This document shows, piece after piece, positions 1 to 9,861 of a stretch of 64,000 nt of DNA; position 1 is the stretch's first letter; each line of letters begins with the position of its first letter. The notes beneath the pieces are model-generated. The model did not search any database. It was given only the letters and a program-made list of their open reading frames with translations, and was not told the DNA's origin. The stretch spans positions 1,972,333 to 2,036,332 of the forward strand of contig OY760142.1 in the NCBI GenBank assembly GCA_963663225.1, given 5' to 3'. This DNA comes from Nitrospirota bacterium. Lineage in GTDB: Bacteria; Nitrospirota; UBA9217. The translations under genes and the position numbers were made by a program.

Positions 1-458
1 GAATCGATATCCAGCACGAACACACCATCAACCTCTTCCTTTTGCAAGATCAAATCCTGTACATTCAGCGGATAGGGCAGCAAAAAAACATCTTGGAATT
101 CATATTCGCGTACTCCGGGCGTGAAACCGTATACACACACTCTTGGTCCAACGGGGACAAGCTGTTCAAACCGTACGTCGAGACCCAGTTCTTCCCGGAT
201 TTCACGGAGGCCTGCCGTTCGTGCTTCCTCTCCTGATACATAATGCCCGCCCACGCTCACATCAAGTTTTCCCGGGGCGACTTTTTTTTCGGATGAACGC
301 CTCTGAAAAAGTGCCGTGGCAACACCGTTTTGCCGGTAGATGATCAGGCAGTGAAAGGCTCCGTGCCAGGCGCCCGTTCTGTGCGCTTCATCGCGCGTGA
401 TAACCCGGCCGGTTTTTTTGCCGGTGTCGTCCAGTAGGTCGAAATATTCAGGAGCCAT
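1..458 (-). CDS. NUDIX hydrolase (N-terminal part; 3' end runs off window start)
   Basis: Minus-strand translation from ATG (revcomp at 456-458, SD GAGGAA upstream) gives MAPEYFDLLDDTGKKTGRVITRDEAH...VGGHYVSGEEARTAGLREIREELGL = Nudix box GX5EX7REUXEEXGU; ORF open to position 1; absent from ORF track because no stop in window. Confidence 0.75.
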   Translation of the reverse strand, partial: MAPEYFDLLDDTGKKTGRVITRDEAHRTGAWHGAFHCLIIYRQNGVATALFQRRSSEKKVAPGKLDVSVGGHYVSGEEARTAGLREIREELGLDVRFEQLVPVGPRVCVYGFTPGVREYEFQDVFLLPYPLNVQDLILQKEEVDGVFVLDID

Positions 459-718
459 ACGCTGTTCCTCGGTGTTTTTTTTTATCTGGTTCCATTCCTT
501 AGGAGAAGCTGTTTGACCGCCCAAGATCGTGTTACGATTTCCGCATGTGTAAAATACAGCGGTTTTGCCGGGTGACGCGTGCAATAAAAAAAGCCACCAA
601 GACATGCGCTGGGGCATACAGAACAGGCAGGGGGGCGTATGCCAGCGCTTCCTCGTGGCTTAGGATGTCACAAGACCAGTATAAAAAGACAATAGATGGA
701 GATTATTGAACGCTCAGA

Positions 719-1006
719 TTAGGAAACTTTTCCATCCACCATTTCCCGCATCTCTTTGCCCGCTTTGAAGAAAGGGACTTTTTTGGGCGGCACCGATACG
801 GTTTCACCGGTCTTGGGATTTCTTCCTTCCTTTGCGCGGCGATGCCGTATACGGAAACTCCCAAAACCGCGGATTTCTACTTTGTCTTCCCGCGAGAGCG
901 CGTCCTTGATTCCATCAAGGACGGTGTTTACAACGATTTCGACCTGTTTCCTGGTGAGCCCAGGCTTCTTTTCCGCTATCTTATCTACCAAATCCGCCTT
1001 TGTCAT
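719..1006 (-). CDS. ihfB: Integration host factor beta subunit (HU/IHF family DNA-binding protein)
   Basis: 95 aa; [27 protein letters not shown] matches IHF-beta arm (E. coli [28 protein letters not shown]); conserved position downstream of rpsA. Confidence 0.88.
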   Translation of the reverse strand: [95 protein letters not shown]

Positions 1007-1032
1007 GCAATACCCCCTTCACCTTACGATTA

Positions 1033-1962
1033 TTATCGGTAAAGATACTGTAATGACACCGTATTTCTGTTGAGGCCCTGTGCAAGCACCTCCGCTATCC
1101 ACGTTGCGCTTTCTTCCTTTAAGTATTCGAAGAAAGGTATCTTTTTCTTTTTTTCAATTATCTGCGGTTTTCCTTTGATCCCTGCAAGGGCTCCGGCTAT
1201 ACGGATGCTGTCCGCCAGGTCCCCTAATTCATCCACAAGCCTGAGGTCATACGCTTGCCTTCCGGTCAGGATGCGGCCGTCCGCAACGGCCCTGACTTCG
1301 TCTATCGACAGTTTGCGGCCTTCTGCAAGGGCCTCGTTGCGGCCTTTGACAACGGCCTCTATAAACTGGTTATGGACGTCGTCGATCACCGTTTGAAGAA
1401 GTTTTCGTTCCTGTGGAGCCATATCGCGGAAGGGGGAGCCGACGTCTTTATACTCGCCGGCTTTGATGACGTTTCCCTTTACGCCGATTTTGTCCAGCAG
1501 TTTCTCGATTACAGCAAACTGCATGATGACCCCGATGCTTCCGGTAAGGGTGCCGGGATTGGCAACAATTTTATCGGCCGCAGCAGCCACATAGTAGCCC
1601 CCTGAAGCTGCAACAGTGCCCATGGATACGATGACTTTCTTTCCTTCTTTTTTGGCGTTTTGCACGGCATTATAAATTTCCTGTGAGACTACTACCCCTC
1701 CGCCAGGGGTGTCGATGCGGAGGATGATGGCTTTTATTGAAGGATCTTCTGCATAATCATTCAGTTCGTCCACAACAGGCGCGGACGCCATGAGCACTCC
1801 TTCAACCTTGACGAGTGCTATCTTGCCTGATCCCACCATCGGCAGCGTCTTCTTCGTTTTTTTGTTTCCGGCGAAGAATGACGTTAAGGACATCATAATA
1901 AAAAAAATGACGCCGAGTATTACTGCTGTCACCAGCACAATGACGAGAGGATTTCTTTTCAT
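1033..1962 (-). CDS. sppA: Signal peptide peptidase SppA (36K type)
   Basis: 309 aa, N-terminal TM helix, ClpP/crotonase-like S49 motifs (GGGVVVSQEIYNAV, SMGTVAASGGYYVAAAADKIVA). Confidence 0.9.
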   Translation of the reverse strand: MKRNPLVIVLVTAVILGVIFFIMMSLTSFFAGNKKTKKTLPMVGSGKIALVKVEGVLMASAPVVDELNDYAEDPSIKAIILRIDTPGGGVVVSQEIYNAVQNAKKEGKKVIVSMGTVAASGGYYVAAAADKIVANPGTLTGSIGVIMQFAVIEKLLDKIGVKGNVIKAGEYKDVGSPFRDMAPQERKLLQTVIDDVHNQFIEAVVKGRNEALAEGRKLSIDEVRAVADGRILTGRQAYDLRLVDELGDLADSIRIAGALAGIKGKPQIIEKKKKIPFFEYLKEESATWIAEVLAQGLNRNTVSLQYLYR

Positions 1963-1968
1963 GACGGC

Positions 1969-3663
1969 CTAGCCCCGTTCTTTCATCAACGCGCCCAGCG
2001 TGGTATCAGGTTTTGGCTGTTGGCTCATATATTCCCGAAGCGTTGTTCTGTCATAGCCCTTCAGGTATGATTTAATGGAAAGCGCTATTCTCCTGTCACT
2101 TCTATCCACTTTGACAACGCGTGCGGTCACTTCATCGCCTTCCTTGACATCGCCGCTTTCCTTCGGAATTTCCGACGCTGGTATCAGCCCTTCGATGCCG
2201 AACTCAAGCTCAACGAACATGCCGAAATCAGCCTTCTTGGTCACCTTGACTTTTTCATCGCTGCCCACCTTGTACCGTTCAAGCAAGGCTTTTTCCCACG
2301 GGTCGGGATTCAACTGTTTGATCCCCAAGGAGATGCGCTCTTTCTGGGGGTCGATGGACAGCACGACTGCCTTTGTTTTCTGGCCTTTTTTGAGGACCTC
2401 GGACGGGTGCTTTATATGTTTTGTCCAGGACAAATCGGAAATATGAATGAGACCGTCTATGCCTTCTTCCACGCCGATGAATGCTCCGAAATCAGTCAAC
2501 GTTCTGATTTTCCCCTCAATTTCCGAACCGACAGGGTAGCGGTCTCCGAGGTTATGCCAAGGATTCGGCGTCACTTGTTTTATCCCGAGCGAAATGCGTT
2601 TATTGGCCGGATCTACCGAGAGCACCTGGGCCTCAACGGTATCGCCGACGGAGACCACTTTGGAAGGATGCTTTATCTTTTGCGTCCAGGACATTTCGGA
2701 GACATGAATAAGCCCTTCAACGCCGGTTTCCAGTTCAATGAATGCGCCATACTCAGCCAGACTTACCACTTTGCTCGCGACCTTGCTTCCCACCGGGTAT
2801 TTCTGTGCGACCGTGAGCCAGGGATCCTGTGTTTTCTGCTTGAGTCCCAGAGATACTTTTTGCTTTTCACGGTCGTATTTCAGCACCACCACGTCTACCG
2901 GCGCGCCGACCGTAAACAACTCTGAAGGGTGGTTGATCCTTCCCCAGGACATGTCCGTAATATGGAGCAATCCATCGATGCCGCCGAGGTCGACAAAAGC
3001 ACCGTACTCGGTTATGTTCTTGATGACTCCGTGCACAATCTGCCCTTCAGCCAGAGAAGCAAGTCGTTCCTCTTTGCGGGCGATCTGATCGGCCTCAAGC
3101 AGCGCCCTGCGGGAGAGGACGATATTCCCCCGCCCGGAGTTCATTTTGAGAATTTTCATTTCCATGGCCTGGCCAAGCAGCTGATTAAAATTCTGAACCG
3201 GTTTCACATCGATTTGCGAACCAGGCAGGAATGCCATTACTCCGCCGATGTCCACCGTCAGGCCTCCCTTGATTGCCGCGACTATTTTCCCTACGATGGG
3301 TGTTCCGGTTTGATAAGCGCGGTTGATCGTGTCCCAAATCTGCAATTTTTTGGCTTTTTCCCGGGACAACAACAGATTGCCGCGAAAATCTTCCGCAGTT
3401 TCAATCAACACTTCGAGCTCGTCGCCGGGTTTGAGATTCTTGAGTTCCTCTTCGGTAAATTGCTCTGCGGGAATGATGCCGTCCGATTTGTATCCGAGAT
3501 CCAGCATCACGACGCCGGATTGGACCTGCAGCACGCGCCCACGCACCACCGTTCCTGCTTTGAAGCTTTTCAGTGACTGATTGTAAAGTTTCTCAAATTC
3601 GGTCTCGTTCTGTTCCGTTTGTGAAGCGTCTTCATGCTCGAAGTGATCGCGCGCAGTGTTCAT
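1969..3663 (-). CDS. rpsA: 30S ribosomal protein S1
   Basis: 564 aa with six tandem S1 repeats (GxVxGxVxxIxxFGAFVxL pattern); cmk-rpsA-ihfB synteny. Confidence 0.95.
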   Translation of the reverse strand: MNTARDHFEHEDASQTEQNETEFEKLYNQSLKSFKAGTVVRGRVLQVQSGVVMLDLGYKSDGIIPAEQFTEEELKNLKPGDELEVLIETAEDFRGNLLLSREKAKKLQIWDTINRAYQTGTPIVGKIVAAIKGGLTVDIGGVMAFLPGSQIDVKPVQNFNQLLGQAMEMKILKMNSGRGNIVLSRRALLEADQIARKEERLASLAEGQIVHGVIKNITEYGAFVDLGGIDGLLHITDMSWGRINHPSELFTVGAPVDVVVLKYDREKQKVSLGLKQKTQDPWLTVAQKYPVGSKVASKVVSLAEYGAFIELETGVEGLIHVSEMSWTQKIKHPSKVVSVGDTVEAQVLSVDPANKRISLGIKQVTPNPWHNLGDRYPVGSEIEGKIRTLTDFGAFIGVEEGIDGLIHISDLSWTKHIKHPSEVLKKGQKTKAVVLSIDPQKERISLGIKQLNPDPWEKALLERYKVGSDEKVKVTKKADFGMFVELEFGIEGLIPASEIPKESGDVKEGDEVTARVVKVDRSDRRIALSIKSYLKGYDRTTLREYMSQQPKPDTTLGALMKERG

Positions 3664-3704
3664 TAAAATCTCTTCCCTCCTGATAATATGCGGCCGGCAA
3701 AAAG

Positions 3705-4553
3705 CTAACCGCCCATCTTCCCGCTTCGTAATTTTTCCAGGACGCCTTCCACCACCCAGTCGGGAGTGGAGGCCCCTGCAGTAACACCAACTTTGGTCAC
3801 GCCGTTAAACCACGGCGTCTCAATTTCATCGGCTACTTCGATGTGATATGTCGGCTTGCCTTCCTGCTGGCAGACGGAGACCAGCCTGCTGGTATTGGCG
3901 CTGTTGCGTCCGCCGACCACCAGCATGACATCAACCTTGCCGGCAAGAACGCGGGCAGCGTCCTGTCGTTCCTGCGTTGAATCGCAGATTGTGTTAAAAA
4001 CCTTTAATTCCTTGGAAAGACGGAGTAATTTTAACACAATTTTTGAAAAATTGCTATATGATTGCGTCGTTTGAGCGACGATTCCCAGCCGGTTTTTGAA
4101 GTGGATTTCTTCCACGTCGTCAGCTGTTTCCACGACAACCGCGTTATCACCCGCGTACCCCCGGATGCTTTGCACTTCGGGATGTTTTTTTTCGCCGACG
4201 ATGACGACCTGGTATCCGTCTTTATGGAGCGCTTCGGCATCCCGTTGCGCCTTGCTTACGAACGGACAGGTCAGGTCTATGATGCGCAGCCCTTTTTTGC
4301 GGATTTCATCCAACACTCCCGGCGGTACGCCGTGCGAACGGATGATAAGGGAATCGCCCTGCGTGAGAGAAGAAAAGTCTTCGACCAGCTGTACTCCTGC
4401 CTGCCGCAGCCGCTCGACCTCCTGGGGATTGTGGATTAATGGTCCCAAACAATATACTTTGCCCTTGGCGGCAGCCTCAAATGCCGTATTAATTGCCCGC
4501 TTCACGCCGAAGCACAGGCCTGCTTTATCAGCAAGATAAACTTCCATGCTCAC
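3705..4553 (-). CDS. ispH: 4-hydroxy-3-methylbut-2-enyl diphosphate reductase IspH/LytB
   Basis: 282 aa; LytB fold motifs (YLADKAGLCFGVKRAI, LIHNPQEV, RSHGV, TCPFV, VVGG.NSANTSRL). Confidence 0.92.
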   Translation of the reverse strand: MSMEVYLADKAGLCFGVKRAINTAFEAAAKGKVYCLGPLIHNPQEVERLRQAGVQLVEDFSSLTQGDSLIIRSHGVPPGVLDEIRKKGLRIIDLTCPFVSKAQRDAEALHKDGYQVVIVGEKKHPEVQSIRGYAGDNAVVVETADDVEEIHFKNRLGIVAQTTQSYSNFSKIVLKLLRLSKELKVFNTICDSTQERQDAARVLAGKVDVMLVVGGRNSANTSRLVSVCQQEGKPTYHIEVADEIETPWFNGVTKVGVTAGASTPDWVVEGVLEKLRSGKMGG

Positions 4554-4614
4554 CTCGTGGTATACGCCTGAGTCAGAAAATAAATATTGGAACCCTCGGC
4601 TTTTTGCCGGGCGT

Positions 4615-5298
4615 TTATGGTGCGCGCTCTGCGCGTCTTATCACAGACAACATTGTTTCGATTGTCGCATCAATGCTGAGCGCAGTGGAATCGATCAACA
4701 GTGCATCGTCGGATTTTTTCAATGGTGCTATATCCCGGCCGCAGTCCTGCTTGTCGCGTTCCTGAATTTCTCTGGTAATCCGGGCACAGTCCACGTCCAG
4801 GCCTTTTGCCTTCAGTTCGAGGTAGCGGCGTTTCCCCCGCGCCTCCGCGCTTGCGTCCAGAAAAAATTTTACGTCAGCATCAGGAAAGACCACCGTTCCG
4901 ATGTCCCGACCATCCATAACGACGCCGCCGTTTCTGCCCAGTTCTCTTTGGACGGTGAGCAGCAAAGCCCTCACCGCCGGCGATTTTGAGACCGCTGAAG
5001 CAATCATTCCCATTTCCGGCGTGCGGATTTCTCCGCTCACATCGATTCCATTCACGTAAATCCGGGGATCGTTGTTGTCTTTTTTAATCGTAATGATGCT
5101 TCGGGTGCATAAGTCCGCGAGTTTGTTCTCATCGGCAGTATCTATGTTCTCCTGCCGGGCTTTCCACCCGATGGCGCGGTACATGGCTCCGGTGTCAATA
5201 TAAAGGTAGCCCAAACGTTGCGCGAGAAGCCGGGCAGCGGTGCTCTTTCCCGCACCGGAAGGACCGTCAATAGCAACTACTAAACCGTTTTTTTTCAT
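4615..5298 (-). CDS. cmk: Cytidylate kinase
   Basis: 227 aa; P-loop VVAIDGPSGAGKST, cmk family motifs; upstream of rpsA as in many bacteria. Confidence 0.93.
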   Translation of the reverse strand: MKKNGLVVAIDGPSGAGKSTAARLLAQRLGYLYIDTGAMYRAIGWKARQENIDTADENKLADLCTRSIITIKKDNNDPRIYVNGIDVSGEIRTPEMGMIASAVSKSPAVRALLLTVQRELGRNGGVVMDGRDIGTVVFPDADVKFFLDASAEARGKRRYLELKAKGLDVDCARITREIQERDKQDCGRDIAPLKKSDDALLIDSTALSIDATIETMLSVIRRAERAP

Positions 5299-5384
5299 GT
5301 TCAGAGATACATAACTGCCGTAAAAGATCGTGGCGCAAAAATTGTCTGCCGCACATTGAATTATTCAGAGCGTACTATCTTTAT

Positions 5385-6683
5385 TTAGTAGGCGGCCTTT
5401 TGCAACAACTGCTCAAAACCCGGAAAAGATGTTCCGATCCAGCCGCAATTGTGAACAACCGTGTCTCCTGTTGCGGCGAGACCTGCCACTGCCATGGACA
5501 TGGCGATGCGATGGTCGCCATGACTTTCGCAGGCAGCTCCGCTCAGGGATTTCTGTCCCATGATTTCCATGCCGTCCGGCCGTTCCATAACGCGCACGCC
5601 CATCTTGCGGAGTTCTTCCGCCATGGTTGCCACCCGGTCGGATTCCTTGACCCGCAGTTCCGCCGCGTCCTGTATCACGGTTGCTCCTTCGGCATAGGCG
5701 GCAGCTACTGCCACGATAGGGATTTCGTCAATGGACCGCGGAACCAGGTCTCCGGCTATCCGGACAGCGTGCAGTTTTTTATATTTGACACGGATATCCG
5801 CCACGGGTTCGCCTGCCTGCTCACGCTGGTTTAAAAGCGTGATATCTCCTCCCATGGCAGTCAAAATATCGATAATGCCGGTGCGGGTCGGGTTCACTCC
5901 CACGTTCAGGATCAGGAGGTCCGAATCCGGCACAATGGATGCTGCTACCAGAAAAAATGCGGCTGATGATATGTCCGAAGGGATGTCGATCTGTTTTTTT
6001 CCCTGGAGCTTTTGTCTTCCCCGGACACTCACGCACAGCCCTTGCTCTTTGATCTCGACGCCGAAGAATCTGAGCATTCGCTCGGTATGGTCCCGGGATT
6101 TCGACGGCTCGCTGACGGATGTTTCTCCATCAGCGTACAATCCCGCAAACAAGAGGGCTGATTTGACCTGTGCACTCGCTATCGGGCTGATGTAATCAAT
6201 AGCGTTTATCAGGCGTCTTCCACCTCTGATCGAAAACGGAGCGAGTTTTCCTTCTGAACGGCCGTCTACCTGGACCCCCATCATTCTGAGCGGATCGATA
6301 ATTCTGCCCATGGGCCTCTTCACAAGGTATTGATCCCCGGTCAGGATTGAGAAGAAGTCCTGCCCCGCGAGGACGCCTGCCAGGAGCCTCATGCCGGTTC
6401 CCGAGTTTCCGAGGTTGAGTACTCCGGCCGGTTCGGAAAGGCCATCCAATCCTTTCCCGTGCACGACAAGGCGATCGGTGCCGAGGCCGGTTATCCCAAT
6501 GCCCATCTGCTGGACCGCTCTCGCTGTGTTTTGGGTATCTTCCCCGGTAAGGAACCCGTTGATGGTTGTGGACCCTTCAGCAAGAGCGGAACAGAGTACT
6601 GCACGATGAGATATGGATTTATCTCCCGGAAGTATAATTTCCCCGTGCAGGCCGCGGGAGGGTTTTATCGTGAGGTCGGTCAT
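5385..6683 (-). CDS. aroA: 3-phosphoshikimate 1-carboxyvinyltransferase (EPSP synthase)
   Basis: 432 aa; EPSP synthase motifs (LPGDKSISHRA, LGNSGTGMRLL, DHRIAMS). Confidence 0.93.
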   Translation of the reverse strand: MTDLTIKPSRGLHGEIILPGDKSISHRAVLCSALAEGSTTINGFLTGEDTQNTARAVQQMGIGITGLGTDRLVVHGKGLDGLSEPAGVLNLGNSGTGMRLLAGVLAGQDFFSILTGDQYLVKRPMGRIIDPLRMMGVQVDGRSEGKLAPFSIRGGRRLINAIDYISPIASAQVKSALLFAGLYADGETSVSEPSKSRDHTERMLRFFGVEIKEQGLCVSVRGRQKLQGKKQIDIPSDISSAAFFLVAASIVPDSDLLILNVGVNPTRTGIIDILTAMGGDITLLNQREQAGEPVADIRVKYKKLHAVRIAGDLVPRSIDEIPIVAVAAAYAEGATVIQDAAELRVKESDRVATMAEELRKMGVRVMERPDGMEIMGQKSLSGAACESHGDHRIAMSMAVAGLAATGDTVVHNCGWIGTSFPGFEQLLQKAAY

Positions 6684-7547
6684 CTATTCCAATCCCCGCC
6701 TGGCCTGGCTTGCGGCAGAAAAATGCGCTTCAAGTTTTTGCTGATCGCCGCTTACTAAATCTTCCCTGAATCTGTTCAATGCGGCCAGGTAGCGGTCCAT
6801 CATCTGGATGATGTTGTCGCGGTTGAGGAGGCAGATGTCCTTCCACATTTCCGGCGAGCTTGCTGCAATACGGGTAAAGTCGCGAAACCCGGCTCCTGAG
6901 AAATTGATATACCGCTCTGCCCCGGTATTCAGCTCCGACACGGCGGACATCATCGCGAAGGCCGCTACATGAGGCATATGGCTGACGGCGGCGAATATTT
7001 TGTCGTGCATGTCAGGGGTCATGGTGAGGACTTTTGCTCCGGCCATTGTCCACAGCTCCGTGAGGACGGCTATTGCCTGTTTGTTTGTTTTTTGGGTCGG
7101 CGTGAGGATGCACTTGGTCCCTTGAAACAGGGACTCCGTCGCTTCTGCCACCCCGAATTTTTCCTTGCCGGCAATTGGGTGGCCCGGGACAAAATGGACG
7201 CCCGGAGGCGTACGATCTTCAATAGTTGTTGCCAGTGAGCCTTTTACACTTCCCACATCCGTGAGAATTGCCCCGTTCTTGAGGTGGGGCGCAATATCGC
7301 GCATGATTGGTTCAAATACTCCCACCGGAGACGCAAGGACAACAAGGTCCGCATCTTCGACTGCGCGTTTCGCGTCCGGTTCCGCATGGTCAATCACGCC
7401 GAGCTTCAATGCCAGTTCAAGCGATTGTTTGCTCCTGCCCGTGCCGGTTATCCGGCCTGCAAGTTTTTTTGTCTTTAAAACCTTGGCCAGCGAACCGCCG
7501 ATCAGTCCGACGCCGATGATGGTGACGTTATGAAAAAAAAGCTTCAT
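6684..7547 (-). CDS. tyrA: Prephenate dehydrogenase
   Basis: 287 aa; Rossmann GVGLIGGS, PDH domain; abuts aroA with no gap. Confidence 0.88.
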   Translation of the reverse strand: MKLFFHNVTIIGVGLIGGSLAKVLKTKKLAGRITGTGRSKQSLELALKLGVIDHAEPDAKRAVEDADLVVLASPVGVFEPIMRDIAPHLKNGAILTDVGSVKGSLATTIEDRTPPGVHFVPGHPIAGKEKFGVAEATESLFQGTKCILTPTQKTNKQAIAVLTELWTMAGAKVLTMTPDMHDKIFAAVSHMPHVAAFAMMSAVSELNTGAERYINFSGAGFRDFTRIAASSPEMWKDICLLNRDNIIQMMDRYLAALNRFREDLVSGDQQKLEAHFSAASQARRGLE

Positions 7548-7551
7548 GATT

Positions 7552-8565
7552 TTATATTTCTCGTCCGACTGCCTGGGCTATTGGCTTCAGTTCGTCCATG
7601 AGCTGCTTGAACATTTTTGGCTTCAGGGACTGTTCTCCGTCCGAGAGGGCTTCTTCCGGGTTCGGATGCACCTCTATGATAAGCCCGTCCGCGCCGGCGG
7701 CAACTGCCGCTTTCGCCATGGGGGCCACGAGGTCCCACTTGCCGACTGCGTGGCTGGGATCAACAATGACCGGCAGGTGAGTAAGCTGCTTCAGCACCGG
7801 CACAGCAGAAAGATCAAGGGTGTTTCGCGTCGCCGTTTCATAGGTCCGGATTCCCCGTTCGCAGAGGATTACATCATGGTTCCCGCCTGCCATAATGTAT
7901 TCAGCGGACATGAGCCATTCCTTGATTGTCGCGGAAATGCCGCGTTTCAGCACGACCGGTTTGTGATACGATCCCACTTCCTTCAAGAGCCTGAAGTTTT
8001 GCATGTTCCGGGCGCCTATCTGCACAATGTCTGCATACTTTACAATGGCATCCATATCCCGGGGGTCCATAACTTCGGTCACCACCGGAAGTCCCGTCCT
8101 CTCCCGTGCGTTCGCAAGATATTTAAGCCCTTCTTCACCGAGCCCCTGAAAGGTATACGGTGAAGTGCGGGGTTTAAACGCTCCTCCGCGGATAAAACTG
8201 GCTCCCGCCGCTTTGACCTCTTTCGCCGTTTCAATAAGAAGGGTCAGGTTCTCCACGGCGCAGGGCCCCGCCATGACGGCGATTTTTTTGCCGCCGATCT
8301 CCATGTTGGAGACTGTGATGATGGTATTCTCTTTGCGGAACTCTCTGCTGGCGAGTTTATACGGCTTCAAAATGGAATGTACTTTTTCCACGCCGGGGAT
8401 GGCTTCGAGGGGAAGCGAACGCAGTACGGCTTCGTCGCCGATGGCGCCGATGACCGTTCGCTCGGTGCCTTTGGAAACATGGGCCTGCAGGCCGAGGCCT
8501 TTTAATTTTTTGACAATATGACTGGCCTGTTCCTCTGTTGCGTCAGGCCGGAGAACAATAATCAT
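7552..8565 (-). CDS. 3-deoxy-7-phosphoheptulonate (DAHP) synthase, type I-beta with N-terminal ferredoxin-like regulatory domain
   Basis: 337 aa; KDO8PS-like DAHPS core ([22 protein letters not shown]) preceded by ~70 aa ACT/FL-like domain. Confidence 0.88.
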   Translation of the reverse strand: MIIVLRPDATEEQASHIVKKLKGLGLQAHVSKGTERTVIGAIGDEAVLRSLPLEAIPGVEKVHSILKPYKLASREFRKENTIITVSNMEIGGKKIAVMAGPCAVENLTLLIETAKEVKAAGASFIRGGAFKPRTSPYTFQGLGEEGLKYLANARERTGLPVVTEVMDPRDMDAIVKYADIVQIGARNMQNFRLLKEVGSYHKPVVLKRGISATIKEWLMSAEYIMAGGNHDVILCERGIRTYETATRNTLDLSAVPVLKQLTHLPVIVDPSHAVGKWDLVAPMAKAAVAAGADGLIIEVHPNPEEALSDGEQSLKPKMFKQLMDELKPIAQAVGREI

Positions 8566-8711
8566 GGCTGCCTTTCTTCATCCTTGAGAGAGAATGTGCT
8601 TGCGGAGTAAAGGAACCGCTGGGAATTATGCAGTCATAAACATCAGGCAGGTATGCCGCGTCTTTGAGGGCTGTTGAGCCGCTCTGTATTGCGATAATGG
8701 TTCTCTGTTGT

Positions 8712-9818
8712 TTATGCTTGAACAATTTTTTTCAACTCGTCAACGAACCGCTTGTTTTCTTCCGGCAAGCCGATTGTGACCCTGAGCCTTTTCCCGCCCA
8801 TGGGACGGATGATAACGCCCGTTTTCAGGAGCCGTTCATACAATTCTTTGGCATCAAATGATGTTTCAAACATAATAAAATTCGTCTCGGTTTTTATGAA
8901 CGGAACACCCATCTGCGTAAACGACTGGTACAGAAATTGTTTGCCTTCGTTGTTGCTGGCGATGGATCTCTCCACGTGTTTTCGGTCAGAGAGGGCGGCC
9001 AGAGCGCCGATTTGCCCGAGCGTATTGGTATTGAAGGGCTGACGGACCTTGTTCATGAACCCTGCAATCGATGCTGTCGTGAGCCCGTATCCGATGCGGA
9101 GCCCTGCAAGGCCGTAAATTTTCGAAAAGGTTCGGAGCGCAAGCACATTTTTCCCCGATTTCAGATAATCGAGAGAGTCCGGATAATCGGCATGAGTGGC
9201 ATATTCAAAATATGCCTCGTCCGTAGCAACAATCACATGGTCAGGCACGCGGTTCATTAGCCGGTCCATCTCTGCTTGTGTGTTCATGGTGCCTGTGGGA
9301 TTGTTGGGATTTGCAACGAAAATAAGTTTTGTTTTATCGGTAATTCTGTCGGCCATGGCGTCCAGATCGTGCCGGTCGTCTTTCATCGGAACGATGATAT
9401 TCGTTCCGCCGACGGCCTGGGTGACCATCCGGTACACGACGAAGGACTGTTCTGCCGAAATCACTTCATCCCCCGGCTGCACGAACGTGCGGATTGCCAA
9501 TTCGATCAGTTCATTCGAACCGTTGCCCAGAATGATCTGGGAAATGTCCACATTGAATTTTTTGGACAACGCCTGGGACAGATAGTAACCGCTTCCGTCA
9601 GGATAACGATTCAGTCCTTCCAGGGCCTTTTTGACGGCAGCCACTGCTTTTGGCGATGGGCCCAGCGGATTTTCGTTTGAGGCAAGTTTGATGCTCCCTG
9701 TTATGCCAAGCTCCCGTTCGAGTTCTTCAAGCGGTTTTCCGGGAACATAGGGGGTGATGTTTTTGATGTTGTCCGAAACAATAATCATTGAATGAAATAT
9801 CGGGATTCCAGTGCTCAA
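8712..9818 (-). CDS. hisC: Histidinol-phosphate aminotransferase
   Basis: 368 aa; LASNENPLGPSP, PLP-lysine region RTFSKIYGLAGLRIGY. Confidence 0.9.
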   Translation of the reverse strand: MSTGIPIFHSMIIVSDNIKNITPYVPGKPLEELERELGITGSIKLASNENPLGPSPKAVAAVKKALEGLNRYPDGSGYYLSQALSKKFNVDISQIILGNGSNELIELAIRTFVQPGDEVISAEQSFVVYRMVTQAVGGTNIIVPMKDDRHDLDAMADRITDKTKLIFVANPNNPTGTMNTQAEMDRLMNRVPDHVIVATDEAYFEYATHADYPDSLDYLKSGKNVLALRTFSKIYGLAGLRIGYGLTTASIAGFMNKVRQPFNTNTLGQIGALAALSDRKHVERSIASNNEGKQFLYQSFTQMGVPFIKTETNFIMFETSFDAKELYERLLKTGVIIRPMGGKRLRVTIGLPEENKRFVDELKKIVQA

Positions 9819-9861
9819 ATTACGGCACGCGGCCGCGTTCTGAAATCCATACTGAAACCGG

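Noticed and set aside
42-343. Plus-strand ORFs 42..236 and 143..343 at window start
   Set aside because: They overlap a much better minus-strand coding frame that encodes a NUDIX hydrolase with an intact Nudix box. They have no SD and an odd composition.
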